A DNA stretch of 32,000 bases from Pseudomonas aeruginosa (GCF_001457615.1 NZ_LN831024.1:1950001-1982000), one strand, 5' to 3'; shown: positions 9,154-21,032, numbered from the stretch's first letter. Notes: generated by a model not told the origin, from the letters alone. Made by a program: numbers and translations.

Positions 9154-11151
9154 ATGTTGGATAACTTGCGTGGACGCCTCCTGGGATTGCCGCGCCGCCA
9201 GAAGCGCATTCTCCAGGTTGCGACGGACATCGGCCTGGTGTGGCTTTCATTGTGGCTGGCTTTCCTGGTGCGTCTCGGCACCGAAGACATGATCGATCCG
9301 TTCGGGGATCACGCCTGGCTGTTCATAGCGGCGCCTCTAACCGCCATCCCGCTCTTCATCCGCTTCGGCATGTACCGGGCGGTGATGCGCTACCTGGGCA
9401 ACGACGCCCTTATCGCGATCGCCAAGGCCGTCACCATTTCCGCGCTGGTCCTGTCGTTGCTGGTCTACTGGTACCGCTCCCCGCCGGCGGTGGTGCCGCG
9501 TTCCCTGGTGTTCAACTACTGGTGGTTGAGCATGCTGCTGATCGGCGGCTTGCGTCTGGCCATGCGCCAGTATTTCATGGGCGACTGGTACTCTGCTGTG
9601 CAGTCGGTACCATTTCTCAATCGCCAGGATGGCCTGCCCAGGGTGGCTATCTATGGCGCGGGGGCGGCCGGCAACCAGTTGGTTGCGGCGTTGCGTCTCG
9701 GTCGGGCGATGCGTCCGGTGGCGTTCATCGATGACGACAAGCAGATCGCCAACCGGGTCATCGCCGGTCTGCGGGTCTATACCGCCAAGCATATCCGCCA
9801 GATGATCGACGAGACGGGCGCGCAGGAGGTTCTCCTGGCGATTCCTTCCGCCACTCGGGCCCGGCGCCGAGAGATTCTCGAGTCCCTGGAGCCGTTCCCG
9901 CTGCACGTGCGCAGCATGCCCGGCTTCATGGACCTGGCCAGCGGCCGGGTCAAGGTGGACGACCTGCAGGAGGTGGACATCGCTGACCTGCTGGGACGCG
10001 ACAGCGTCGCACCGCGCAAGGAGCTGCTGGAACGGTGCATCCGCGGTCAGGTGGTGATGGTGACCGGGGCGGGTGGCTCTATCGGTTCGGAACTCTGTCG
10101 GCAGATCATGAGTTGTTCGCCTAGCGTGCTGATCCTGTTCGAGCACAGCGAATACAACCTCTATAGCATCCATCAGGAACTGGAGCGTCGGATCAAGCGC
10201 GAGTCGCTTTCGGTGAACCTGTTGCCGATCCTCGGTTCGGTGCGCAATCCCGAGCGCCTGGTGGACGTGATGCGTACCTGGAAGGTCAATACCGTCTACC
10301 ATGCGGCGGCCTACAAGCATGTGCCGATCGTCGAGCACAACATCGCCGAAGGCGTTCTCAACAACGTGATAGGCACCTTGCATGCGGTGCAGGCCGCGGT
10401 GCAGGTCGGCGTGCAGAACTTCGTGCTGATTTCCACCGACAAGGCGGTGCGGCCGACCAATGTGATGGGCAGCACCAAGCGCCTGGCGGAAATGGTCCTT
10501 CAGGCGCTCAGCAACGAATCGGCGCCGGTGCTGTTCGGCGACCGGAAGGACGTGCATCACGTCAACAAGACCCGTTTCACCATGGTCCGCTTCGGCAACG
10601 TCCTCGGTTCGTCCGGTTCGGTCATTCCGCTGTTCCGCGAGCAGATCAAGCGCGGCGGCCCGGTGACGGTCACCCACCCGAGCATCACCCGTTACTTCAT
10701 GACCATTCCCGAGGCAGCGCAGTTGGTCATCCAGGCCGGTTCGATGGGGCAGGGCGGAGATGTATTCGTGCTGGACATGGGGCCGCCGGTGAAGATCCTG
10801 GAGCTCGCCGAGAAGATGATCCACCTGTCCGGCCTGAGCGTGCGTTCCGAGCGTTCGCCCCATGGTGACATCGCCATCGAGTTCAGTGGCCTGCGTCCTG
10901 GCGAGAAGCTCTACGAAGAGCTGCTGATCGGTGACAACGTGAATCCCACCGACCATCCGATGATCATGCGGGCCAACGAGGAACACCTGAGCTGGGAGGC
11001 CTTCAAGGTCGTGCTGGAGCAGTTGCTGGCCGCCGTGGAGAAGGACGACTACTCACGGGTTCGCCAGTTGCTGCGGGAAACCGTCAGCGGTTATGCGCCT
11101 GACGGTGAAATCGTCGACTGGATCTATCGCCAGAGGCGGCGAGAACCCTGA
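9154..11151 (+). CDS. wbpM: Nucleotide-sugar 4,6-dehydratase WbpM (FlaA1/CapD family)
   Basis: 665 aa; N-terminal TM region, VMVTGAGGSIGSELCRQI, VFVLDMGPPVKILELAEKMI, LRPGEKLYEELL; follows wbpL. Confidence 0.97.
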   Translation: MLDNLRGRLLGLPRRQKRILQVATDIGLVWLSLWLAFLVRLGTEDMIDPFGDHAWLFIAAPLTAIPLFIRFGMYRAVMRYLGNDALIAIAKAVTISALVLSLLVYWYRSPPAVVPRSLVFNYWWLSMLLIGGLRLAMRQYFMGDWYSAVQSVPFLNRQDGLPRVAIYGAGAAGNQLVAALRLGRAMRPVAFIDDDKQIANRVIAGLRVYTAKHIRQMIDETGAQEVLLAIPSATRARRREILESLEPFPLHVRSMPGFMDLASGRVKVDDLQEVDIADLLGRDSVAPRKELLERCIRGQVVMVTGAGGSIGSELCRQIMSCSPSVLILFEHSEYNLYSIHQELERRIKRESLSVNLLPILGSVRNPERLVDVMRTWKVNTVYHAAAYKHVPIVEHNIAEGVLNNVIGTLHAVQAAVQVGVQNFVLISTDKAVRPTNVMGSTKRLAEMVLQALSNESAPVLFGDRKDVHHVNKTRFTMVRFGNVLGSSGSVIPLFREQIKRGGPVTVTHPSITRYFMTIPEAAQLVIQAGSMGQGGDVFVLDMGPPVKILELAEKMIHLSGLSVRSERSPHGDIAIEFSGLRPGEKLYEELLIGDNVNPTDHPMIMRANEEHLSWEAFKVVLEQLLAAVEKDDYSRVRQLLRETVSGYAPDGEIVDWIYRQRRREP

Positions 11152-11166
11152 GTCATCGTTCTCCGG

Positions 11167-11195
11167 AAAAGGCCGCCTAGCGGCCTTTTTTGTTT
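11167..11195 (+). terminator. Rho-independent terminator downstream of wbpM
   Basis: GGCCGC-CTA-GCGGCC hairpin followed by TTTTTTGTTTT. Confidence 0.85.
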
Positions 11196-11342
11196 TCTCC
11201 GTACGATGTTTCCGGTGCCGGACCAGGAAGCGACTGCTTTGCTGGGGCTGTCGATCCAGGTGCGTTCCACGGCGATAAGGTGGTTTCGTGGATGGGCATG
11301 AAGCCCTCTACGTGGTCATTCATCTCTGAAGGAGTGCACCCC

Positions 11343-11672
11343 ATGCACCTAATCAAATCCGCTCTGCTTCTCATCCTGTTCGCCTGTCTTCCGTTTTCGG
11401 CTTCCGCCGCACCGGTCGCCGTCGCCAAGAATCCGCTGGCCGCAACGACACCTGCGACGACCGTGTCGCCGGGGGAGCAGGTCAATATCAATACGGTCGA
11501 TGAGGCCGCCCTGATACGGGGGCTCAACGGTGTCGGCGAGGCCAAGGCCAGGGCGATCCTCGAGTATCGTGCGGCCCATGGTCCGTTCGTCTCGGTGGAT
11601 CAACTGCTGGAAGTGAAAGGGGTAGGCCCGGCGTTGCTGGAGAAGAACCGGGCGCGGATCGTCATCGAGTGA
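11343..11672 (+). CDS. Secreted helix-hairpin-helix ComEA-family DNA-binding protein
   Basis: MHLIKSALLLILFACLPFSASAA signal peptide then VNINTVDEAALIRGLNGVGEAKARAILEYRAAHGPF HhH repeats; start trimmed from track ORF, SD-like AAGGAG upstream. Confidence 0.88.
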   Translation: MHLIKSALLLILFACLPFSASAAPVAVAKNPLAATTPATTVSPGEQVNINTVDEAALIRGLNGVGEAKARAILEYRAAHGPFVSVDQLLEVKGVGPALLEKNRARIVIE

Positions 11673-11710
11673 GGTGCGACTGAAGGGGCGAACTTTCGTC
11701 CCGATAACGA

Positions 11711-11739
11711 AAAAGCCCCCGGCATGTGCCGAGGGCTTT
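11711..11739 (-). terminator. Terminator for tRNA-Asn (possibly bidirectional)
   Basis: GCCCCCGGCA-TG-TGCCGAGGGC hairpin with a T-run on the minus strand. Confidence 0.75.
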
Positions 11740-11744
11740 GAATT

Positions 11745-11820
11745 TGGCTCCGCGACCTGGACTCGAACCAGGGACCCAATGATTAACAGTCATTTGCTCT
11801 ACCGACTGAGCTATCGCGGA
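11745..11820 (-). tRNA. tRNA-Asn (GTT)
   Basis: Reverse complement TCCGCGATAGCTCAGTCGGTAGAGCAAATGACTGTTAATCATTGGGTCCCTGGTTCGAGTCCAGGTCGCGGAGCCA folds as a cloverleaf, anticodon GTT, encoded CCA. Confidence 0.97.
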
Positions 11821-11832
11821 ACAGCGAGGCGT

Positions 11833-11860
11833 ATGTTACTGATTAAAAAGGGGAAGTCAA
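11833..11860 (-). promoter_or_regulatory. Candidate sigma70 promoter of tRNA-Asn
   Basis: Minus strand TTGACT (11860-11855), 16-nt spacer, TAACAT (11838-11833), tRNA 5' end 12 nt downstream. Confidence 0.55.
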
Positions 11861-11881
11861 GCCTCTCCCGATGACTTCCCC
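11850..11881 (-). terminator. Terminator of the aminotransferase gene; overlaps candidate tRNA-Asn -35
   Basis: Perfect 10-bp inverted repeat GGGGAAGTCA-N12-TGACTTCCCC followed by TTTTT on the minus strand. Confidence 0.75.
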
Positions 11882-11888
11882 ATTTTCC

Positions 11889-13085
11889 CTACAGGACCTG
11901 GACGATGGCCTTGGTGATGGTCTCCAGGTTCGATTTGTTCAGCGCGGCGACGCAGATACGGCCGGTGCTGACGGCATAGATACCGAACTCGGTCTTCAGG
12001 CGCTCGACCTGGTCGGCGGTCAGGCCGGAATAGGAGAACATGCCACGCTGGCGACCGACGAAGCTGAAGTCGCGCTTGGCGCCGTGGGCTGCCAGTTGCT
12101 CGACCATCGCCAGGCGCATGTCGCGGATGCGGTCGCGCATCTCGCCCAGTTCCTGCTCCCAGAGGGCCCGCAGTTCCGAGCTGTTGAGCACGGAGGAGAC
12201 GACGCTGGCGCCGTGGGTCGGTGGGTTCGAATAGTTGGTGCGGATCACCCGCTTCACCTGGGACAGCACGCGGGCCGATTCATCGCGGCTTTCGGTCACG
12301 ATCGAGAGGGCGCCGACGCGTTCGCCATAGAGCGAGAAGGATTTGGAGAACGAGCTGGAAACGAAGAAGCTCAGGCCCGACTGGGCGAACAGGCGCACCG
12401 CGGCGGCGTCTTCCTCGATGCCGTTGCCGAAGCCCTGGTAGGCGATGTCGAGGAACGGCACGTGGCCCTTGGCCTTGAGCACGTCCAGCACCTGTTTCCA
12501 GTCGTCCAGCTCGAGATCGACGCCGGTCGGATTATGGCAGCAGGCGTGCAGGACCACGATCGAGCGGGCCGGCAGGGCATTCAGGTCTTCCAGCAGGCCG
12601 GCGCGGTTCACGCCATTGCTGGCGGCGTCGTAATAGCGGTAGTTCTGCACCGGGAAGCCGGCGGCTTCGAACAGTGCGCGGTGGTTTTCCCAGCTCGGGT
12701 CGCTGATGGCCACCGTGGCGTCGGGCAGCAGGCGCTTGAGGAAGTCGGCGCCGAGCTTGAGCGCGCCGGTGCCGCCGACGGCCTGGGTCGTGACCACACG
12801 GCCGGCGGCCAGCAGCTCGGACTCGTTACCGAACAGCAGTTTCTGTACGCCCTGGTCGTAGGCGGCGATCCCTTCGATCGGCAGGTAGCCGCGCGGCGCG
12901 TGGGCCTCGATGCGGGCCTTCTCGGCAGCCTGCACGGCACGCAACAGCGGAATGCGCCCCTCCTCGTTGTAGTACACGCCCACGCCCAGGTTGATCTTGC
13001 CCGGACGGGTATCGGCGTTGAAGGCTTCGTTCAGGCCAAGGATGGGATCACGCGGTGCCATTTCGACGGCAGAAAACAGACTCAT
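11889..13085 (-). CDS. Aspartate/aromatic amino acid aminotransferase (class I)
   Basis: MSLFSAVEMAPRDPILGLNEAFNADTRPGKINLGVGVYYNE..., VSSSFSKSFSLYGERVGAL PLP-lysine motif; 398 aa from the internal ATG. Confidence 0.92.
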   Translation of the reverse strand: MSLFSAVEMAPRDPILGLNEAFNADTRPGKINLGVGVYYNEEGRIPLLRAVQAAEKARIEAHAPRGYLPIEGIAAYDQGVQKLLFGNESELLAAGRVVTTQAVGGTGALKLGADFLKRLLPDATVAISDPSWENHRALFEAAGFPVQNYRYYDAASNGVNRAGLLEDLNALPARSIVVLHACCHNPTGVDLELDDWKQVLDVLKAKGHVPFLDIAYQGFGNGIEEDAAAVRLFAQSGLSFFVSSSFSKSFSLYGERVGALSIVTESRDESARVLSQVKRVIRTNYSNPPTHGASVVSSVLNSSELRALWEQELGEMRDRIRDMRLAMVEQLAAHGAKRDFSFVGRQRGMFSYSGLTADQVERLKTEFGIYAVSTGRICVAALNKSNLETITKAIVQVL

Positions 13086-13272
13086 TTTGCGGCTGCTCGG
13101 AGTGTGAAGAGAGGAGGGCAACGCAACCCGTTATGCGGGGGCGCAAAGGGTTGCGCAAACGGGGGGTTATTATAGACACCCCTTGATGCATGCGGCGACA
13201 TTTAGGTGCATGCTTTCAGCTATTTCTGACGCCGGATTTTCCTTGGCGTCACAGCTCCCTGCGAGGTTTTTC

Positions 13273-15284
<2,012 letters not shown>

Positions 15285-15287
15285 ACC

Positions 15288-16847
15288 TCAGTGAGCCCCG
15301 GCGTCGGCGCGGGTGCCGATGCCGGCCGGCAGCGAGCGGGTCAGCAGCACCGCGAGCATGCTCACTGCGAGCACCATGCCGATGACATGGAAAGCATCGT
15401 TGTAGGCCATGATCATCGCCTGCTGGTGGGTGATCTCGCTGAGTTTGCCCAGCGCCGCCTGCTGGCTGCCCAGTTGCGCGGCGAGTTGCGCGAGGCGTTC
15501 GTCGACCTGCGGGTTGGTCGGCACCAGGGCTTCGCGCAGATAGTCGAAGTACACCTTGGCGCGACTGTCGAGCAGGGTCGCGAGCAGGGCGATGCCGATG
15601 GCGCCGCCGAGGTTGCGCAGGATGTTGAACAGGCTCGAGGCCGAGCCGGCATCCTGTGGCTGCAGGTAGGCGGTGGCGATCAGCGAAATGGTCACCATGA
15701 TCATCGGCTGGCCGAGGGCGCGCAGTAGCTGGATCTGGTTGAACTGCGGTCCGGCGAAGTCCGGGTTGAGCACCCCGGAGAAGAAGCTGGCAAGGCCGAA
15801 CAGGCCGAAGCCGGCGGCGCAGAGCAGGCGCGGCGAGACCAGCTTCATCAACTTCGGGACCAGCGGGATCAGGAACAGCTGGGGAATGCCCATCCACATG
15901 ATCACCTCGCCGATCTGCATGGCGTTGTAGCCCTGGATTTGTGCCAGGTACAGCGGCAGTACGTAGATCGAGCCGTACAGACCCATGCCCAGACCGATGC
16001 TGGAAATGCTCGCGAGGCCGAAGTTGCGGTTGCGCAGGATGCCCAGGTCGATCAGCGGGTTCGGCCGCGACAGTTGCAGGATGACGAACAGGACCAGGCT
16101 GAACAGGGCGACGCTGCCGAGGCTGACGATCAGTTGCGACTCCAGCCAGTCCTTGCGGTGACCTTCCTCGAGGAAGACCTGCAGGCAGCCCAGGCCGATG
16201 CCGAGGGTGACGATGCCGGCGTAGTCGGTACTCTTCAGCAGTTCCCAGTGCGGCGCCTTTTTCTCCAGGCCGTAGAGCAGCCCGGCGATCATCAACAGGC
16301 CCGGCGGCACGTTGATATAGAAGATGTATTCCCAGCCGAAGTTTTCCGTCAGCCAGCCTCCCAGGGTCGGTCCGATGGAGGGCGCGAAGGTGGCGGTGAT
16401 GGCGAACAGCGCCATGCCCTTCGGACGGTGGTGTTCCGGCAACTTGACCAGGGCCAGGGTGAACGCCAGCGGAATCAGCGCGCCGCCGGTGAAACCCTGC
16501 ATGGCGCGGAACACGATCATGCTTTCCAGGTTCCAGGCGAACGAGCAGAGCAGCGAAGACACCAGGAAGCCCACCGAGATCATCACCGCCAGGCGGCGTG
16601 CCGAGAGCAGCTGCACCAGCCAGGCGGTCATCGGGATCATGATGATCTCCGCCACCAGGTAGGAGGTGGAGATCCACGAGCCTTCCTCGAGGGTCGCCGC
16701 CAGCGCGCCCTGGATGTCCTTCAGCGAGGAGTTGGTGATCTGGATGTCGAGCACCGCCATGAATGCGCCGAGCATGGCGCTGAGCACCGCGATCCAGTCG
16801 CGCCGGGTCGGTTCGCCAAGCGGCCGGGCCAGCGCCTCAGCGGTCAC
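15288..16847 (-). CDS. DHA2/EmrB-type MFS multidrug efflux transporter
   Basis: 14-TM MFS; VLDIQITNSSLKDIQGALAATLEEGSWISTSYLVAEIIMIPMTAWL, GLLYGLEKK; start uncertain (ATG 16895 or GTG 16847). Confidence 0.88.
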   Translation of the reverse strand: MTAEALARPLGEPTRRDWIAVLSAMLGAFMAVLDIQITNSSLKDIQGALAATLEEGSWISTSYLVAEIIMIPMTAWLVQLLSARRLAVMISVGFLVSSLLCSFAWNLESMIVFRAMQGFTGGALIPLAFTLALVKLPEHHRPKGMALFAITATFAPSIGPTLGGWLTENFGWEYIFYINVPPGLLMIAGLLYGLEKKAPHWELLKSTDYAGIVTLGIGLGCLQVFLEEGHRKDWLESQLIVSLGSVALFSLVLFVILQLSRPNPLIDLGILRNRNFGLASISSIGLGMGLYGSIYVLPLYLAQIQGYNAMQIGEVIMWMGIPQLFLIPLVPKLMKLVSPRLLCAAGFGLFGLASFFSGVLNPDFAGPQFNQIQLLRALGQPMIMVTISLIATAYLQPQDAGSASSLFNILRNLGGAIGIALLATLLDSRAKVYFDYLREALVPTNPQVDERLAQLAAQLGSQQAALGKLSEITHQQAMIMAYNDAFHVIGMVLAVSMLAVLLTRSLPAGIGTRADAGAH

Positions 16848-17871
16848 GGAGCTCGACCTCGGCTTCGACGGACATGCCGGGGCGGATGCGGCCATGCAGC
16901 GGGTTGTCGGCCTCGAACACGATCTTCACCGGGATGCGTTGCACCACCTTGGTGAAGTTTCCGGTGGCGTTGTCCGGTGGCAGCAGGCTGAACTGCGCGC
17001 CGGAAGCGGCGAACAGGCTATCGATGCGGCCGTCGATGGGCGTGTCGGGGAAGGCGTCGAAGGTCAGGCGCGCCTTCTGCCCGTCGCGCATGCGGCCTAC
17101 CTGGGTCTCCTTGAAGTTGGCCTGGACCCAGATGTCTTCGTCCGGCACCAGCGACAGCAAATGGGTGCCGACCTGCACGTACTGGCCGTTGCGTGCGCTG
17201 CGCTGGCCGACCAGGCCGCTGATCGGCGAATGGATCAGGGTGCGTGACAGGTTGATTTCGGCTTGCGCCAGTTCGGTGCGGGCGCTGGCGATCTGCGCTT
17301 CCAGGCGCTTGATCTCGGCGCCCAGGGTGTCGCGCTGGACGCGTTGTGCCTCGAGGTCGGCGCGGGCCTTGGCCAGTTGCGAGCGAGCCACATGGTTGTC
17401 GGCGGTGAGGGTGGTGACCCGTTCCTCGGAAACGTAGCCGGGCTTGCGCAGGGCTTCGGCGCGGTTCAGGTCGATCTGTGCGCGACCGAGGGTTGCCTGG
17501 CTGGCGTTGACGTCGGCGGCGCTGGCGGCGATCAGGCTGCCCTGCTGCACCAGCTTGCTGCGCGCCTGGGCCAGTTCCGCCTCGCGGGTGGCCAGCGCGG
17601 CCTGGGCGCGCTCGACGGCGAGCTTGAAGTCGGCGTCTTCCAGGCGTACCAGTAGCTGCCCCTTGTCCACGTGCTGGTTGTCGCGCACCAGGACTTCCTC
17701 GACCCGCGCGCCCAACTGGCTGGCCACCCGCGTGATCTCGCCCTGGACGTAGGCGTTGTCGGTGCTTTCCACGTGGCGGCCGATGAACCACCAGTGCAGG
17801 AAGAAGGCCAGGGCGATCAGGCCGACGGCCACCAGGAAGACGGTCAGGCGACGTTTGAGTTGGGCGGGCAT
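16837..17871 (-). CDS. HlyD/EmrA-family membrane fusion protein
   Basis: VESTDNAYVQGEITRVASQLGARVEEVLVRDNQHVDKGQLLVRLEDADFK motif; single N-terminal TM; coiled-coil; start trimmed to MPAQLKRRL. Confidence 0.88.
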   Translation of the reverse strand: MPAQLKRRLTVFLVAVGLIALAFFLHWWFIGRHVESTDNAYVQGEITRVASQLGARVEEVLVRDNQHVDKGQLLVRLEDADFKLAVERAQAALATREAELAQARSKLVQQGSLIAASAADVNASQATLGRAQIDLNRAEALRKPGYVSEERVTTLTADNHVARSQLAKARADLEAQRVQRDTLGAEIKRLEAQIASARTELAQAEINLSRTLIHSPISGLVGQRSARNGQYVQVGTHLLSLVPDEDIWVQANFKETQVGRMRDGQKARLTFDAFPDTPIDGRIDSLFAASGAQFSLLPPDNATGNFTKVVQRIPVKIVFEADNPLHGRIRPGMSVEAEVELRDR

Positions 17872-17973
17872 GGGTGGAGTGTTCCGTCGGCAAAATTCGG
17901 CCAATCTAGCAGTGTTCCGCCGGACGTTATAGGCGCTACACTTCGGACTCTTTGTTGCTTATAGGGAACAATA

Positions 17974-18894
17974 ATGGGGCTTGATGATGCGCTGATCTTC
18001 ACCCGCGTGGTGGAGTACCACAGCTTCACCCAGGCCGCGCAGAGCCTGGGCATGCAGAAGTCCACGGTGAGCCGGCGCATCGCCCTGCTGGAGGAGCGCC
18101 TGGGCGTGCGCCTGCTCAATCGCACTACCCGCAAGTTGCGCCTGACCGAAGTAGGGCAGGCCTACTACGAGCGCTGCCGGCAGATCATGCACGATTTCGC
18201 CGAGGCCGAGCAGGCGGTCATGCAGTTGCAACAGGCGCCGTCGGGATTGCTGCGGATCACCTCGCCGATAGAGTTCGGCCAGATGTTCCTCGCCAGCCTG
18301 CTGGGCGACTTCATGCGCCAGTACCCGCAGATCACCGCCGAGGTCGAGCTGGCCTCGCGCAGCGTCGATCCGCTGCAGGAGGGCGTCGACATCGTGATCA
18401 TGGTCGGCCAGCCGGAGGATTCCACCCTGGTGGCCCGTCGCCTGCTCTCTACCAGCCGCTGGCTCTGCGCCAGCCCCGACTACCTGGCGGCGCACGGCAC
18501 GCCGACATCGGTGGCCGAGCTTGCCGGGCATCGCGCGGTCCTTCTGTCCACCGACTCCCAGCGCTACTGGCCGCTTTCCGGAGACAGCCTGCCCTGCCAG
18601 CGGGTGCTGTCCTGCAACAACATCACCTTCGCCCGCGAGGCGGTGGTCGCCGGTGCCGGCATTGCCGCGCTACCGGCGCTGATCTGTGCGGAGAGCGTGC
18701 ACAGCGGGCGTCTGGTGCGTTTGCTGGCGGACGTGCCGTTGCCGGTCGGCGAACTGTATGCGGTCTATCCTTCGCGGCGTTTCCAGGCGATGAAGGTCAA
18801 GGCCTTCCTCGATTTCCTGATCAGCCGCCTGCCGGCCGACACCGGTCGTTTACTGGAGCCGGAGGCGGCCCGCCTGATAACATCGCGCCCCTGA
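17974..18894 (+). CDS. LysR-family transcriptional regulator, divergent from the efflux operon
   Basis: HTH: FTQAAQSLGMQKSTVSRRIALLEERLGVRLLNRTTRKLRLTEVG; 306 aa. Confidence 0.92.
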   Translation: MGLDDALIFTRVVEYHSFTQAAQSLGMQKSTVSRRIALLEERLGVRLLNRTTRKLRLTEVGQAYYERCRQIMHDFAEAEQAVMQLQQAPSGLLRITSPIEFGQMFLASLLGDFMRQYPQITAEVELASRSVDPLQEGVDIVIMVGQPEDSTLVARRLLSTSRWLCASPDYLAAHGTPTSVAELAGHRAVLLSTDSQRYWPLSGDSLPCQRVLSCNNITFAREAVVAGAGIAALPALICAESVHSGRLVRLLADVPLPVGELYAVYPSRRFQAMKVKAFLDFLISRLPADTGRLLEPEAARLITSRP

Positions 18895-18931
18895 ATTTCC
18901 GTTTTAACTTCCGCTTGGCAAGAGAGTCTCC

Positions 18932-20416
18932 ATGACCACTGTTCGTACTCGCATCGCCCCGTCGCCGACGGGCGACCCGCACGTCGGTACCGCATACATC
19001 GCGCTGTTCAACCTGTGCTTCGCGCGTCAGCACGGCGGTCAGTTCATCCTGCGCATCGAGGACACCGACCAGCTGCGTTCGACGCGGGAGTCCGAGCAGC
19101 AGATCTACGACGCCCTGCGCTGGCTCGGCATCGAATGGGACGAGGGCCCGGACGTCGGCGGCCCGCATGGCCCGTACCGGCAGAGCGAGCGCGGGCATAT
19201 CTACAAGAAGTATTCGGACGAACTGGTCGAGAAGGGCCATGCCTTCACCTGCTTCTGCACGCCCGAGCGCCTCGATGCGGTTCGCGCCGAGCAGATGGCG
19301 CGCAAGGAAACCCCGCGCTACGACGGCCACTGCATGCACCTGCCGAAGGATGAGGTGCAGCGCCGCCTCGCCGCCGGCGAGTCCCACGTCACCCGCATGA
19401 AGGTGCCGACCGAGGGCGTCTGCGTGGTGCCGGACATGCTCCGCGGCGATGTCGAGATTCCGTGGGATCGCATGGACATGCAGGTGCTGATGAAGGCCGA
19501 CGGCCTGCCCACCTACTTCCTCGCCAACGTGGTCGACGACCACCTGATGGGCATCACCCACGTCCTGCGCGGCGAAGAGTGGCTGCCGTCGGCGCCCAAG
19601 CTGATCAAGCTCTACGAGTATTTCGGCTGGGAGCAGCCGCAGCTGTGCTACATGCCACTGCTGCGCAACCCGGACAAGAGCAAGCTGTCCAAGCGCAAGA
19701 ACCCGACCTCTATCACCTTCTACGAGCGCATGGGCTACCTGCCGCAGGCGCTGCTCAACTACCTCGGGCGGATGGGCTGGTCGATGCCGGACGAGCGCGA
19801 GAAATTCACCCTCGCCGAGATGATCGAGCATTTCGACCTGTCGCGCGTCTCCCTGGGCGGACCGATCTTCGACCTGGAGAAGCTCTCCTGGCTGAACGGG
19901 CAGTGGATCCGCGAGCAGTCCGTGGAGGAGTTCGCCCGTGAGGTGCAGAAGTGGGCGTTGAATCCCGAATACCTGATGAAGATCGCTCCGCACGTGCAGG
20001 GACGGGTGGAGAACTTCAGCCAGATCGCGCCGCTGGCCGGATTCTTCTTCAGCGGCGGGGTGCCGCTGGACGCTTCGCTGTTCGAACACAAGAAGCTCGA
20101 TCCGACCCAGGTCCGCCAGGTCCTGCAACTGGTGCTGTGGAAACTCGAATCCCTGCGCCAGTGGGAGAAGGAACGCATCACCGGCTGCATCCAGGCTGTC
20201 GCCGAACACCTCCAGCTCAAGCTGCGCGACGTGATGCCGCTGATGTTCCCGGCCATCACCGGGCATGCCAGCTCGGTTTCGGTGCTGGACGCCATGGAGA
20301 TCCTTGGCGCCGACCTGTCGCGCTATCGCTTGCGCCAGGCCCTGGAGCTGCTGGGCGGGGCGTCGAAAAAGGAAACCAAGGAATGGGAGAAGATCCGCGA
20401 CGCCATTCCCGGCTGA
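18932..20416 (+). CDS. gltX: Glutamyl-tRNA synthetase
   Basis: [21 protein letters not shown] (HIGH-like) and [12 protein letters not shown] (KMSKS-like); 494 aa. Confidence 0.98.
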   Translation: MTTVRTRIAPSPTGDPHVGTAYIALFNLCFARQHGGQFILRIEDTDQLRSTRESEQQIYDALRWLGIEWDEGPDVGGPHGPYRQSERGHIYKKYSDELVEKGHAFTCFCTPERLDAVRAEQMARKETPRYDGHCMHLPKDEVQRRLAAGESHVTRMKVPTEGVCVVPDMLRGDVEIPWDRMDMQVLMKADGLPTYFLANVVDDHLMGITHVLRGEEWLPSAPKLIKLYEYFGWEQPQLCYMPLLRNPDKSKLSKRKNPTSITFYERMGYLPQALLNYLGRMGWSMPDEREKFTLAEMIEHFDLSRVSLGGPIFDLEKLSWLNGQWIREQSVEEFAREVQKWALNPEYLMKIAPHVQGRVENFSQIAPLAGFFFSGGVPLDASLFEHKKLDPTQVRQVLQLVLWKLESLRQWEKERITGCIQAVAEHLQLKLRDVMPLMFPAITGHASSVSVLDAMEILGADLSRYRLRQALELLGGASKKETKEWEKIRDAIPG

Positions 20417-20440
20417 CCGGCTTTCTTCCACAGTCGATGA

Positions 20441-20471
20441 CGAGGCCCGCCCAGTTGCGGGCCTCGTTTTT
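20441..20471 (+). terminator. Rho-independent terminator of gltX
   Basis: GAGGCCCGC-CCAGTT-GCGGGCCTC then GTTTTT. Confidence 0.85.
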
Positions 20472-20535
20472 GGGGGAGGGGAGGTAAGTGATTGTTCTTC
20501 CGGTAAAATTTTTTAGGTTTCGATGAAAAATAATG

Positions 20536-20564
20536 TTGACAGCCTCAAGCCTCGCCCTTAGTAT
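20536..20564 (+). promoter_or_regulatory. Sigma70 promoter of the Ala/Glu tRNA cluster
   Basis: TTGACA, 17-nt spacer, TAGTAT, then GC-rich GCGCCCCG discriminator; AT-rich upstream tract. Confidence 0.75.
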
Positions 20565-20617
20565 GCGCCCCGTCTTCACGACGAACTCAACGAAGTGAAG
20601 CGATCCAGCGGTACTTT

Positions 20618-20693
<76 letters not shown>

Positions 20694-20741
20694 AATTGCC
20701 GGGAATACGCGGTTGGTTTTGCGGATTCCTACGAAGGTTTC

Positions 20742-20817
20742 GTCCCCTTCGTCTAGTGGCCTAGGACACCGCCCTTTCACGGCGGTAACAGGGGTTCGAG
20801 TCCCCTAGGGGACGCCA
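20742..20817 (+). tRNA. tRNA-Glu (TTC), copy 1
   Basis: GTCCCCTTCGTCTAGTGGCCTAGGACACCGCCCTTTCACGGCGGTAACAGGGGTTCGAGTCCCCTAGGGGACGCCA; TTC anticodon. Confidence 0.97.
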
Positions 20818-20910
20818 CTTCATGTTCATCCGTCCCAGCAATGGATGAACGTGTCGACGACCGGAAGGTTGTCGAAGCGATCGGAAGATCGCCCGCCTGA
20901 TGGCGAATTC

Positions 20911-20986
<76 letters not shown>

Positions 20987-21032
20987 CATTCCAAGGCCAG
21001 CATCGCTGGCCTTACTTTTCGAAGGTTTCATT

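Noticed and set aside
9337-10986. 549-aa antisense ORF opposite wbpM
   Set aside because: Typical spurious open frame in high-GC Pseudomonas DNA; composition (His/Arg/Asp-rich) is non-protein-like and the sense strand is clearly WbpM.
11871-13175. 434-aa + strand ORF over the aminotransferase
   Set aside because: Antisense of a confidently identified class I aminotransferase; GC-driven artefact.
18821-20431. 536-aa minus-strand ORF over gltX
   Set aside because: Shadow ORF opposite a canonical glutamyl-tRNA synthetase.
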